DNA of 64,000 nt from Acidobacteriota bacterium (GCA_015659035.1 DQNS01000041.1:10-64009); one strand, 5' to 3'. Positions 29,400 through 39,863 are shown, counted from the first letter of the stretch. Notes: a model not told the origin generated them from the sequence alone. Numbers and translations: made by a program.

Positions 29400-29663
29400 C
29401 TATCCCGTCGGGTCGACGATGCCGACAATCGCCGCGTCCACCGGGGCCGCGCGCCGGCCGAGGGCGGCACCCGCGGCGCGTCCCTCGAGCACGAGCAACA
29501 CCAGCTCGCCGACACCGGCGCCGACCGAATCGACGGCCAGCTGGACCCCGCCCACCGGCTGACCGTCCCGGTCCACCGGCTGGGTCAACAGCAGCTTCGC
29601 ACCGACGAGCGTGCGGTGCTTCCGCGTCGCCACGACGGAGCCAATGACCCGAGCCAGACGCAT
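29400..29663 (-). CDS. BMC vertex protein (BMC-P, EutN/CcmL family), paralog 1
   Basis: MRLARVIGSVVATRKH..LLLTQPVD..AVDSVGAGVGELVLL..PVDAAIVGIVD is the canonical EutN/CcmL pattern. Confidence 0.85.
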   Translation of the reverse strand: MRLARVIGSVVATRKHRTLVGAKLLLTQPVDRDGQPVGGVQLAVDSVGAGVGELVLLVLEGRAAGAALGRRAAPVDAAIVGIVDPTG

Positions 29664-29740
29664 GGTGCAGTCCTAGACAGCTCCTACGGGATGAGATAGT
29701 AACGTCTGAAGCAAGTTTTCATGACACGCGGAGATGTCTA

Positions 29741-29829
29741 GGCCCCGCGTAGCGGGGCTGTGAGAAAAGCTTCTGCTAGCGAGGCTGCGCGTCACTTTTC
29801 TCGTCGATTTGAGGCGCAGCTTCGCTAGC
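29741..29829 (-). repeat. R2 family repeat unit
   Basis: Reverse complement reads CTAGCGAAGCTGCGCCTCAAATCGAC..CTCGCTAGCAGAAGC..AGCCCCGCTACGCGGGGCC. Lies between BMC-P1 and BMC-P2. Confidence 0.8.
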
Positions 29830-30145
29830 GTCTCGGGGCCCGACGTCTTGGGGACCGTCGCGGCGGGCCGGCGGGGACGTCGTCAGTCGTCCAGTGGTCG
29901 CAGATCCCGGTAACGGCGGCGTCGGTCGGCACCACAGCCGGGAGAAACGGAAAGGACGCCGCCCGCCCGCGGACGAAGAACACCTCTTCCCCGGCGCCGG
30001 CGCCGACGGCGTCGACTGCCACGAGCGGCCTGCCCACGGCCTCACGGGCGGGTGAGAGCGGTTGCACCACGAGCAACGTGAGCCCGACCAGACCCGGGTC
30101 CTTGATGGTCGAGACGACGTTGCCGATCACCCGCGCAAGCTGCAT
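29825..30145 (-). CDS. BMC vertex protein (BMC-P), paralog 2, with basic C-terminal tail
   Basis: MQLARVIGNVVSTIKDPGLVGLTLLVVQPL..AVDAVGAGAGEEVFF. The tail PPRRSPRRRAPRR partly overlaps the R2 copy. Confidence 0.8.
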   Translation of the reverse strand: MQLARVIGNVVSTIKDPGLVGLTLLVVQPLSPAREAVGRPLVAVDAVGAGAGEEVFFVRGRAASFPFLPAVVPTDAAVTGICDHWTTDDVPAGPPRRSPRRRAPRR

Positions 30146-30197
30146 CGATCGAAAGCCCTGGAGTGCGTGGGATTCGGGTTTCCACGCTGCGATCTCT

Positions 30198-30482
30198 TCA
30201 GGTCGAGTCGTCGGTCTCGACGATATCGACGATATCGACGATGCCGACGATCGCGGCGTCGACCGGGCGGTCGGCCAGACCGGCCGCCATCCGCGCGGAG
30301 CTCCCGCTGACGATCAGCACGGTCTCGGCGGCGCCGGCGTCCACGGTGTCGACCGCTACCAGCTGGGCGCCGCGCGGCTCGCCATCGGGCGAGACGGGCT
30401 GTACGAGCAGCAGCGTGCTGCCGACCAGACGCTCGTCCTTACGCGTCGCGACGACGGTACCCACCACCTTGGCGAGGATCAT
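30198..30482 (-). CDS. BMC vertex protein (BMC-P), paralog 3, with acidic repeat tail
   Basis: MILAKVVGTVVATRKDERLVGSTLLLVQPV..AVDTVDAGAAETVLI..PVDAAIVGIVDIVDIVETDDST. Confidence 0.85.
   Translation of the reverse strand: MILAKVVGTVVATRKDERLVGSTLLLVQPVSPDGEPRGAQLVAVDTVDAGAAETVLIVSGSSARMAAGLADRPVDAAIVGIVDIVDIVETDDST
30217..30252. repeat. 4 x 9-nt tandem repeat (NTCGACGAT) in the BMC-P3 3' end
   Basis: CTCGACGAT ATCGACGAT ATCGACGAT GCCGACGAT encodes the reiterated IVD motif. Confidence 0.85.
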
Positions 30483-30492
30483 GTCGTGTCTG

Positions 30493-30582
30493 CTAGCGAA
30501 GCTGCGCCTCAAACCGACAAGTGAACGCGGTGCGCCCCCTCGCTAGCAGAAGCATTTTGCAGAGCCCCGCTACGCGGGGGCT
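30493..30582 (+). repeat. R2 family repeat unit
   Basis: CTAGCGAAGCTGCGCCTCAAACCGAC..CTCGCTAGCAGAAGC..AGCCCCGCTACGCGGGGGCT between the BMC-H stop and the BMC-P3 start. Confidence 0.8.
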
Positions 30583-30608
30583 CGCGCGGGTCCGCCCGGC
30601 GGACACGG

Positions 30609-30896
30609 TCACTGGCCGGTGCTCTTGCCGATCGGCAGGACGTCCTCGAGGTTGCTGTGGGGCCGCGGGATCACGTGGACCGACACGAGCTCGCCGACCC
30701 GACGAGCCGCGGCGGCGCCGGCGTCGGTGGCCGCCTTCACCGCCGCCACGTCGCCTCGGACGAGCGCGGTCACGAACCCTGCGCCGATCTTCTCCCAACC
30801 GACCAACGTGACATTGGCGGCCTTGACCATGGCATCCGACGCTTCGATCATCGCCACCAGTCCCTTGGTCTCCACCATTCCGAGCGCCTCGCCCAT
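30609..30896 (-). CDS. BMC hexamer shell protein (BMC-H, PduA/EutM-like)
   Basis: [54 protein letters not shown] lies 7 nt upstream of ATG 30896. Confidence 0.9.
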   Translation of the reverse strand: MGEALGMVETKGLVAMIEASDAMVKAANVTLVGWEKIGAGFVTALVRGDVAAVKAATDAGAAAARRVGELVSVHVIPRPHSNLEDVLPIGKSTGQ

Positions 30897-30909
30897 GAGA
30901 TGCCTCCCG

Positions 30910-31794
30910 CTACCGTAGCTGCTTGACGGCATCTGCGATCAGCGCCGTCAGCTCGCGGTATGTTAATCGAATTCCGTCGTCCGGATCTAACAGTCCGAGG
31001 TGACAGTCCCGCGTCGCGGCACCACCGGACCCGACCGTCTGCGCCTCGACCAGCCGCGCCCCTGGCTGCGACGGCGCCTCGAGCACCTGACAGCTAACGT
31101 CCTCTCCCTCCTTGCCCTCCTCCCGAGCCGGCGGGCAGAGCGGCGCCGGTGCCGCGATGCCATAGCGGTCCCGGAGGCCCTGCAACCGGTTCACTTCTTC
31201 CCGTGACAACAGCCGCTCGCCGCCGAGCTGTCTGGCCACCAGGCTGATCCGCGCGAAGTGCTCCACCGTCTCCATCTTGTAATAGGCGCCGAACAGATCG
31301 TGCGCCACGGTCAGGGCGCCGTGGTTGGCCAGCAACAATCCGTCGTGCGCGCGGATGTAGTGCCGCACGGCATCGGCCAGCTCGCTGGTGGATGGGGTGC
31401 CGTAGTCAGCGATCGGTATGCTTCCGAGGGTCGTGACGACCTCGGCCAGGACCGCCCGGTCGAGCGGGATCCCGGCAACCGAGAACCCGGTGGCGGTCGG
31501 CGGGTGCGCGTGCACGACCGCCTCGATCTCCGGCCGGTGCTCGTAGACCGCCAGATGCATGAGGATTTCAGACGACGGCTCCCGTTCCCCGGTCAGCTTG
31601 CGCCCACTGAAGTCGGTGGTGACCATCATGTCCGGCGTCATGAACCCCTTGGAGACGCCGGCCGGGGTCGTCAACAGCCGCTCGGCATCAAGCCGCACGC
31701 TGATGTTGCCGTCATTCGACGCAACGAAGCCGCGGTCGTGCAATCGCCGCCCGATCTCGACGATGTCGGCGCGGAGCCGTTCCTCGATCTGCAT
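30910..31794 (-). CDS. class II aldolase/adducin-family protein with C-terminal extension
   Basis: [14 protein letters not shown] and [11 protein letters not shown] zinc-ligand region. About 75 extra C-terminal residues end in an amphipathic helix. Confidence 0.85.
   Translation of the reverse strand: MQIEERLRADIVEIGRRLHDRGFVASNDGNISVRLDAERLLTTPAGVSKGFMTPDMMVTTDFSGRKLTGEREPSSEILMHLAVYEHRPEIEAVVHAHPPTATGFSVAGIPLDRAVLAEVVTTLGSIPIADYGTPSTSELADAVRHYIRAHDGLLLANHGALTVAHDLFGAYYKMETVEHFARISLVARQLGGERLLSREEVNRLQGLRDRYGIAAPAPLCPPAREEGKEGEDVSCQVLEAPSQPGARLVEAQTVGSGGAATRDCHLGLLDPDDGIRLTYRELTALIADAVKQLR
30913..30972 (-). other. putative encapsulation peptide of the aldolase
   Basis: Terminal [20 protein letters not shown] is an amphipathic helix preceded by a Pro/Gly/Ser/Glu-rich linker. 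This is the typical architecture of BMC cargo targeting peptides. Confidence 0.55.
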
Positions 31795-31806
31795 CTCGTG
31801 TCTCGA

Positions 31807-32027
31807 GTCCGAAGTTCGCGAACATTTTCCGGGCGGGGCATCCCGCCTGGCGGCGCCAGCCGCCGCCCGGCCCGTTCATGGCCGGGCTATGGCCAGGTCT
31901 CGCCGAAGCCGTGGCGACGGCGGATTGCTCCTCGGTCGAATGCTGCCGGTATGCTCCCTCGTCGCGCCTGCACTGGCCGGACGCAGCATGAGTACGACGC
32001 CGGAAAATCTGTCCGCGAACCTCTGAC
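31807..32027 (-). ncRNA. candidate structured RNA element, SE family copy E (with about 70-nt insertion)
   Basis: Closing helix GTCAGAGGTTCGCG/CGCGAACTTCGGAC pairs at 13 of 14 positions. Core reads GCAGGCGCGACGAGGGAG..GACCGAGGAGCAAT..[GC-rich insert]..CCAGGCGGGATGC. Ends 13 nt before the aldolase ATG. Confidence 0.5.
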
Positions 32028-32035
32028 CCGAAACA

Positions 32036-32323
32036 CTAGTCTCGGGCTCGGGCTCGCGATTCCTGCTGGAACGCCGTGCGGCAGTACTCGGAGCAGAAGT
32101 AGTGCATCCCCCCCTTCCGGCGGAGCGTCAGGGCCCGCGCCTGGTCGACGTAAGTCCCGCACACCGGGTCCCGCACCAACGGTACCCCTTTCGCGGGAGG
32201 TATCTGAGGCCGGCGCGCGGCACCCTCGACGACACCGCCGATAAACTTCCAGACCAGCCGCACCAGCAGCATCACGACGAGAAACCGGATGAGCCAGCCA
32301 AACACCATTTGAGTCGGCGACAC
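32036..32323 (-). CDS. small membrane protein with YHS/TRASH-like metal-binding domain
   Basis: N-terminal TM segment, then VRDPVCGTYVD..YFCSEYC pattern. Confidence 0.65.
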   Translation of the reverse strand: MSPTQMVFGWLIRFLVVMLLVRLVWKFIGGVVEGAARRPQIPPAKGVPLVRDPVCGTYVDQARALTLRRKGGMHYFCSEYCRTAFQQESRARARD

Positions 32324-32339
32324 GCGCCAGGCCCGCCTG

Positions 32340-32384
32340 CTAGTGGCCTGTCTGGGCCACTTGTGGCCTGTATAGGGCCACTAG
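32340..32384. repeat. double palindrome GTGGCC-N6/7-GGCCAC
   Basis: CTAGTGGCCTGTCTGGGCCACTTGTGGCCTGTATAGGGCCACTAG. A related half copy TGTGGCCCGTATAGGGC lies at 35182-35198. Confidence 0.7.
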
Positions 32385-32956
32385 GGATGTGCGGCACGGA
32401 TGCGTTCGATCGCGTCGGCGGCGGCGAGCGCTTCGGGGCTGCCAGGGGCGACCCGCTGGACCTCTTCCCAGGCTTCGATGGCACCCTCGAGATTCTGTTT
32501 CCCGAAGGCCCGGACGATACCAAGGTTCAGGATCGTCTTGGCGTGCGCCGGGTCCACGTCCAGTGACCGGGCAAACTGCAAGAGCGCGCGATCGGTGTCG
32601 TCCATGTAGTAGTACGCCACCCCAAGATCGGTGCTGACCTCAACCTCCTCTGGGCTCAGCGCAAGCGCTGCTTCAAACCAGGGGATCGCGTCTTCGAAGC
32701 GATGGGCGTCAAAGTAAAGATTCCCGAGGTCCACACGAACCTGGACATCCTCTGGTGCGTTCTCAGCGGCCGCGCGCAGCTCCACCGCGCGCGCCTCGTC
32801 GATGGGCGGCACCTCCGGCACCGGTAGGGTCTGAGCGGGGGGCGTCTGGGTCGCGGCCACCGGATCCGCCGGCCACTGGCTCCAGATAATCCAGCCCATC
32901 AGCCCACCCGCCAGCGCCAGCGACAAGACGAGGGGCAGCGGTTCGGTGCGGCTCAT
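32381..32956 (-). CDS. membrane-anchored tetratricopeptide-repeat protein
   Basis: N-terminal TM segment (LPLVLSLALAGGLMGWIIW). TPR-like repeats (LGNLYFDAHRFEDAIPWFEAAL, LGVAYYYMDD..). Confidence 0.7.
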   Translation of the reverse strand: MSRTEPLPLVLSLALAGGLMGWIIWSQWPADPVAATQTPPAQTLPVPEVPPIDEARAVELRAAAENAPEDVQVRVDLGNLYFDAHRFEDAIPWFEAALALSPEEVEVSTDLGVAYYYMDDTDRALLQFARSLDVDPAHAKTILNLGIVRAFGKQNLEGAIEAWEEVQRVAPGSPEALAAADAIERIRAAHP

Positions 32957-33020
32957 GAGGAATGTCTGGCCTTCTCGAGCCGATCATAACAACGCGACCC
33001 GAACGGCGTCCACACGCGCG

Positions 33021-33728
33021 TCAGCCGAGAAGAACGACCATCTCGCGGACGGCCCTTTCCAGACCCACCAGGACAGCGCGCGCGACGATGCTGTGACCGA
33101 TGTTGAGCTCGACGATCTCCGGAATGGCGGCGACTGGCTTCACATTCACGTAGGTCAGCCCGTGACCGCCGAGCACCTCGAGCCCGTCCTCGTGCGCCTG
33201 GCTGGCCGCCTGCCGGATCCGCACGAGCTCCGCCGTTCGTCCGTCAGGGGTGGCATCGGCGTAGGGGCCTGTGTTGAGCTCGACCGCGGTCGCCCCCGTC
33301 TCACGAGCCTGCACGATCTGGTCCGGCGCCGGGTCAATGAACAGACTGACCGTGATACCGGCCGCCTGCAACCGCCCTACCACGCCGGCAATCGCCGTCT
33401 GGTGCTGCACAACGTCAAGACCCCCGGTCGTGGTTACCTCGTCCGGGTACTCCGGCACCAGCGTCACTTGACCCGGCTTCACGTCGCCGGCGATCGCGAC
33501 CATCTCGTCGGTCGCCGCCATCTCTACGTTGAGCCGAGTCGACACCACCTCGCGCAACAGCCGCAGGTCGCGGTCCTGGATGTGGCGCCGGTCTCCGCGC
33601 AGATGCACGGTGATGCCATCTGCGCCGGCCAGTTCCGCCAGCGCCGCCGCCGTCACCGGCTCCGGCTCGCGTGCGCGCCGCGCCTGTCGAATCGTCGCCA
33701 CGTGGTCGATGTTGACGCCAAGACGCAT
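33021..33728 (-). CDS. pdxJ: pyridoxine 5'-phosphate synthase
   Basis: [19 protein letters not shown]-terminus and ELNIGHSIV near the C-terminus. Confidence 0.92.
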   Translation of the reverse strand: MRLGVNIDHVATIRQARRAREPEPVTAAALAELAGADGITVHLRGDRRHIQDRDLRLLREVVSTRLNVEMAATDEMVAIAGDVKPGQVTLVPEYPDEVTTTGGLDVVQHQTAIAGVVGRLQAAGITVSLFIDPAPDQIVQARETGATAVELNTGPYADATPDGRTAELVRIRQAASQAHEDGLEVLGGHGLTYVNVKPVAAIPEIVELNIGHSIVARAVLVGLERAVREMVVLLG

Positions 33729-33752
33729 GATCGCCCCCCCCAAGGCATGCCC

Positions 33753-33819
33753 GAGAAGTCAGGTGTCAGAAGACGTCTTCTGGTCTTCTCACCGCTGCAT
33801 TCTGGCTGCTGACTTCTTG
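33753..33819. repeat. R1-related palindromic repeat
   Basis: GAGAAGTCAGGTGTCAGAAGAC/GTCTTCTGGTCTTCTC hairpin followed by CTGCTGACTTCTTG. Confidence 0.6.
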
Positions 33820-33825
33820 TGTGTC

Positions 33826-35178
33826 TTACGACGCGCCCTCCCCGAGATCGACCCGCACACGTGCCGCGATCGTCTCGGCGAGTCGCTGGATCGCCTCCTG
33901 ATCCGGTCCTTCGATCATGATCCGCAGCAGCGGCTCGGTTCCCGAGTAGCGGACGAGCACCCGACCCTTCCCCACGAGATCGCGCTCGGCCTTCTTGATG
34001 AGCCGCGACACCTCGAGGAGCTTCGCCAGCGCGGTCCGCTGCCGCACTCGCACATTCACCAGCACCTGGGGCAACGGCACCAGATCAGCGGCCAGGTCGG
34101 CCAACTCCCGTCCGGTCTCGATGACCGCCCGCACGATCACCAGGGTGGTGGCCAGCCCGTCGCCGGTCGCCAGGTGGTCGGCGAAGATCGTGTGTCCGGA
34201 CTGTTCGCCGCCGAGCGCGATGCCGCGCCGGTTCATTTCCGCCCACACCAGCCGGTCCCCTACCGAACACCGGTGCACCGCGATGCCGTCGGCGCGCAGG
34301 GCGTGCTCCAGCCCGATGTTGCTCATCACGGTCGCCACCACCGCCTCCCGAGGCAGCCGTCCCGCCGCCGCGAGCCGGCGGGCCGCTATCAGCAGCACCG
34401 CGTCGCCGTTGACCAGCGTGCCTCGGTGGTCGACAAACACGACCCGGTCGCCGTCGCCGTCGAAGGCCGCGCCCAGCCGGCATCCCTGCTCGACCACCAC
34501 CCGCGCCAGACGCTCTGGATGGGTGGAGCCGCAGTCGAGGTTGATGTTGCGACCATCCGGCCGATCGTGCAGCACGATCGGGTCCAGCCCCAACCCCCGC
34601 AGTACCGCCGGCGCCAACTGGCTGGTGGCGCCGTTCGCACAGTCGATGGCGATCCGCAGGTCCGCCGGCACCGTCACCCCGTTGAGAATCCGGCTGGTGT
34701 GGGCGATGTACGATTCGCTGAACGCGATGGGCTCCACCGACGGAACCGGGGTGTCGGGCACCGCCCAGGTCTCGTCGGTTACTAACGCCGTGATCCGCGC
34801 CTCCAGATCGTCATCCGCTTTCTCGCCGTCTCCCGTGATGACCTTGACCCCGTTATCCCGGAACGGGTTGTGCGAAGCGGAAACAACGATGCCCGCGTCG
34901 AACTCGCCGTCACGTGTGAGAAACGCGACCGCCGGTGTCGACAGGAGACCGCCGTCGGTCACGCTGCCCGCCTCGCTCTCGATCCCGCGCGCCAGCTGAG
35001 CTGTGATCCACTCGCCCGACTCGCGCGTGTCTCGGCCGATGAGCACCTGGACGGAGTCGCCGGCGCCGCTGTGCATCCTGACGACAGCCGCGCCGAGCCG
35101 CGCGAGCGTGCGCGCGTCCAGCGGAGGCTCGCCGGGCGTACCACGAACGCCATCGGTGCCGAACAACCTCGTGGACAT
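33826..35178 (-). CDS. glmM: phosphoglucosamine mutase
   Basis: MSTRLFGTDGVRG N-terminus and SASHNPFRDNGVK active-site serine loop. The ORF is open to 35208. Confidence 0.93.
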   Translation of the reverse strand: MSTRLFGTDGVRGTPGEPPLDARTLARLGAAVVRMHSGAGDSVQVLIGRDTRESGEWITAQLARGIESEAGSVTDGGLLSTPAVAFLTRDGEFDAGIVVSASHNPFRDNGVKVITGDGEKADDDLEARITALVTDETWAVPDTPVPSVEPIAFSESYIAHTSRILNGVTVPADLRIAIDCANGATSQLAPAVLRGLGLDPIVLHDRPDGRNINLDCGSTHPERLARVVVEQGCRLGAAFDGDGDRVVFVDHRGTLVNGDAVLLIAARRLAAAGRLPREAVVATVMSNIGLEHALRADGIAVHRCSVGDRLVWAEMNRRGIALGGEQSGHTIFADHLATGDGLATTLVIVRAVIETGRELADLAADLVPLPQVLVNVRVRQRTALAKLLEVSRLIKKAERDLVGKGRVLVRYSGTEPLLRIMIEGPDQEAIQRLAETIAARVRVDLGEGAS

Positions 35179-35265
35179 ACCTGTGGCCCGTATAGGGCGA
35201 ATCAGCATCGCTCTCCGGGTGAATACAACGGGGCGTTCACCACGGGCTGCCAGGGGGGCCTGCGC

Positions 35266-36189
35266 TCACCGAAGGGTGACCAGCACGATCGTGGGCTCGA
35301 CCTGGGTGACCTCGAAGGCACGCTGTGGCGCGAACTCGACCGACAGATTGTAGCTGCCGGCTTCCCGGCCGGCTAGGTCGACGAAGGCACCCACCATGCT
35401 GCTGTCGAGCCCGCGCATCTGCTCTGGCGGTCCATACACGGTGACCGTGATCGACTCCGGTGTGACCCTGGCCGACAGCCCTGACGGCGCATTTCGCACC
35501 CGGACCGGCACCTCGACCAGCGTCCGCTCGACCGGCGCACGCACGATCTCGACCGTCACCCGTGCTGCGCCTGGAGTCTCGAGCCGCAAGTTCGGGTCCG
35601 CCAGGCCGACCGTGAGTGATTCCTCCAGTGGAACTGAGGCGTTCGTCACGTCGAGCGGCTCGGTGATCGCCTCGGTCAGCTGACGCAGCAGGCTCAGCGG
35701 ACCGACGACCGCCACAGTGGACGGGTCGGCGACAACACGGCCTACCACGAACCCCGGCGCCGGCTCACCCTCGACCACCGGCACGACCGGCACGACCCGA
35801 GGTGACCCCGCGTCCTCGAGCGTCAGCGAGACTGTCGACGGAATCACCTGGGTCACCTGGACACCGGGTGGAGCGCCACGGACGCGATCGGCCGTCATGT
35901 CGAACAGACGGGGCCCCAGACGCTCTGACTTCAGATCGATGATCGCCGTCACCTCCCCCGCTTCGAGACGGCGCAGTACCGCCGATGGTCCGCGGAGCCG
36001 CACCTCCACCTCGTCGGGCAATTCCCCCAGGATCTCCACCGAAGCCGGCACGTTCTCGAACTCCAGCGGAACGCGCAGACCCCGCTCCGCGACCGGGTCC
36101 CCGCCGACCGTCAACCACCAGAGCAGCACGGCCAGCGCGGTCGCTAACACCTTCAGCCCGAGGTCCCGGAAGAGCGGAACGGCCATCAT
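35266..36189 (-). CDS. cdaR: YbbR-domain protein (CdaR-like regulator of diadenylate cyclase)
   Basis: N-terminal anchor plus repeated YbbR-like beta segments. Conserved cdaA-cdaR-glmM order. Confidence 0.7.
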   Translation of the reverse strand: MMAVPLFRDLGLKVLATALAVLLWWLTVGGDPVAERGLRVPLEFENVPASVEILGELPDEVEVRLRGPSAVLRRLEAGEVTAIIDLKSERLGPRLFDMTADRVRGAPPGVQVTQVIPSTVSLTLEDAGSPRVVPVVPVVEGEPAPGFVVGRVVADPSTVAVVGPLSLLRQLTEAITEPLDVTNASVPLEESLTVGLADPNLRLETPGAARVTVEIVRAPVERTLVEVPVRVRNAPSGLSARVTPESITVTVYGPPEQMRGLDSSMVGAFVDLAGREAGSYNLSVEFAPQRAFEVTQVEPTIVLVTLR

Positions 36190-37004
36190 GCGCCGAGTGG
36201 CTTCGCCTCCTCGCGGGGCTGACGTCCTGTGCGACGCAGCATCAGCGCTTCGAGCCGATACCGCAGCTGGTCCGGTTCGAGATCCTGCTCGATCTGCCCG
36301 TCCAGCACCAGCGACAGCAGACCGGTCTCTTCCGAGACGACGAGGGCGACGGCATCGGTCTCCTCGCTCAACCCGATGGCCGCGCGGTGACGGGAACCCA
36401 GGTTCTTGCTGACGCTGGGATTGACGGTCAGGGGCAGAAAACAGGCGGCGGCGGCGATCCGATCCTGCTGGATGACCACTGCGCCGTCGTGCAACGGTGA
36501 GCCCGGCCGGAACACGCTGACCAGCAGGTCGTAGCTGACCGCCGCGTCGAGCGGGATGCCGCTCTCGACGTAGTTGCCCAGCCCGATCTCCCGCTCGATC
36601 GCAACGATGGCGCCCTGACGTTGCTCGGACAGCATGCGCAACGCCACCACGACTTCCTCGATCGTCTCGTCAGTGGCCTCCGGCCGGTTGAGATATCGGA
36701 AGAACGGGGCACGTCCGAAGTGCGCGAGCGCCCGCCGGATGTCCGCCTGGAACAGCACGATCGCGGCGAAGACGATGTAGCCGAACATATCCCGGACCAG
36801 CCAGTTGAGCGTCTGTAGCGGAGTGAACCGCGACGCGTAGTACAGCCCGACGACCAGACCGACGCCGATGGAAATTTGAACCGCGTGCGCGCGACGGATC
36901 AGCTTCAGGACCTCGTAAATCAGCAGCCCGACGATCAGGATGTCGACCAGATCCCACAAGCTGACCCGGTTCAGCCGCAACACGCTGGTCAGACTCTCAA
37001 TCAT
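36186..37004 (-). CDS. cdaA: membrane-bound diadenylate cyclase
   Basis: Three N-terminal TM segments. DAC domain motifs DGAVVI and LGSRHRAAIGLSEETDAVALVVSEETG. Confidence 0.9.
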   Translation of the reverse strand: MIESLTSVLRLNRVSLWDLVDILIVGLLIYEVLKLIRRAHAVQISIGVGLVVGLYYASRFTPLQTLNWLVRDMFGYIVFAAIVLFQADIRRALAHFGRAPFFRYLNRPEATDETIEEVVVALRMLSEQRQGAIVAIEREIGLGNYVESGIPLDAAVSYDLLVSVFRPGSPLHDGAVVIQQDRIAAAACFLPLTVNPSVSKNLGSRHRAAIGLSEETDAVALVVSEETGLLSLVLDGQIEQDLEPDQLRYRLEALMLRRTGRQPREEAKPLGA

Positions 37005-37019
37005 TCCTGGTGCCCTGTC

Positions 37020-37904
37020 TCAGCCGGCCGGTACGGATTCTGGTACCGCGCCGTGCGCGCGGATCCGGTCCGCCACCCTGACCACCTGCACCATCTCGCG
37101 AACCCCGTGCACGCGCACGATGTGTGCACCGTCGAGGACCGCCGCCGTGACGGCGGCCGCGGTTCCCCACTCCCGGTCATCCGGGCCGCCATCACCGTCC
37201 CCGCCCAGGAACGACTTCCGCGACGGACCAACCAACAGCGGGCGGTCCAGTAGCGCCAGACGTCCAAGCGCGGCCAAGGCCGCGTAGGTGTGCTCGGCGC
37301 GTTTGGCGAACCCGAGACCAGGATCGATGATGATTCCCGAACGAGCAACCCCGGCCTCAACCGCCGCGTCGATCCGGTCCCCGAGCTCGCCGGCCACCTC
37401 GACGCCGACGTCGCCATACGCGGCCTCCTGGTACATGTCGCGCGAGCGTCCTCGATTGTGCATCAACACCAGCGCGGCGCCGCGTTCGGCCGCCACAGCC
37501 GCCAACGCCGGGTCGTAGAGTAGCCCCGACACATCGTTGACGATCGCCGCGCCGTGGTCGAGCGCGATGCGGGCGACCTCGGCCTTGTAGGTGTCGACCG
37601 ACACCGGCACCCGAACCCGCCCAGCCAGCCGGTCGAGCACCGGCACGATGCGCGCCAGCTCCTCCTCGACCGACAACGCGACAGCACCGGGCCGGGTCGA
37701 CTCGCCCCCGATGTCCAGCAGATCGGCGCCAGCGGCCTCCATTTCCTGCGCGTGGTCCGCGGCACGATCCGGGTCCAAACACAGCCCGCCGTCCGAGAAC
37801 GAGTCCGGGGTCACGTTCACGATCCCCATCACCAACGTCCGGCCGCCCAGCTGGAGCGGGGCCGTGTCCGGCAGCGGCACCGTGTAGTGACACCGAGGAA
37901 GCAT
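37020..37904 (-). CDS. folP: dihydropteroate synthase
   Basis: VMGIVNVTPDSFSDGG and DIGGESTRPG motifs. Confidence 0.93.
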   Translation of the reverse strand: MLPRCHYTVPLPDTAPLQLGGRTLVMGIVNVTPDSFSDGGLCLDPDRAADHAQEMEAAGADLLDIGGESTRPGAVALSVEEELARIVPVLDRLAGRVRVPVSVDTYKAEVARIALDHGAAIVNDVSGLLYDPALAAVAAERGAALVLMHNRGRSRDMYQEAAYGDVGVEVAGELGDRIDAAVEAGVARSGIIIDPGLGFAKRAEHTYAALAALGRLALLDRPLLVGPSRKSFLGGDGDGGPDDREWGTAAAVTAAVLDGAHIVRVHGVREMVQVVRVADRIRAHGAVPESVPAG

Positions 37905-37928
37905 GGGGCCCCTAGAGACTACCCCAAA

Positions 37929-37955
37929 GGAGACAGGAGGCAGGAGAAACCGGGG

Positions 37956-37964
<9 letters not shown>
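37929..37964 (-). repeat. R1 family repeat unit (short)
   Basis: GGAGACAGGAGGCAGGAGAAACCGGGGCTACTCCTG at the folP/ftsH junction. Confidence 0.55.
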
Positions 37965-39860
<1,896 letters not shown>

Positions 39861-39863
39861 TAG

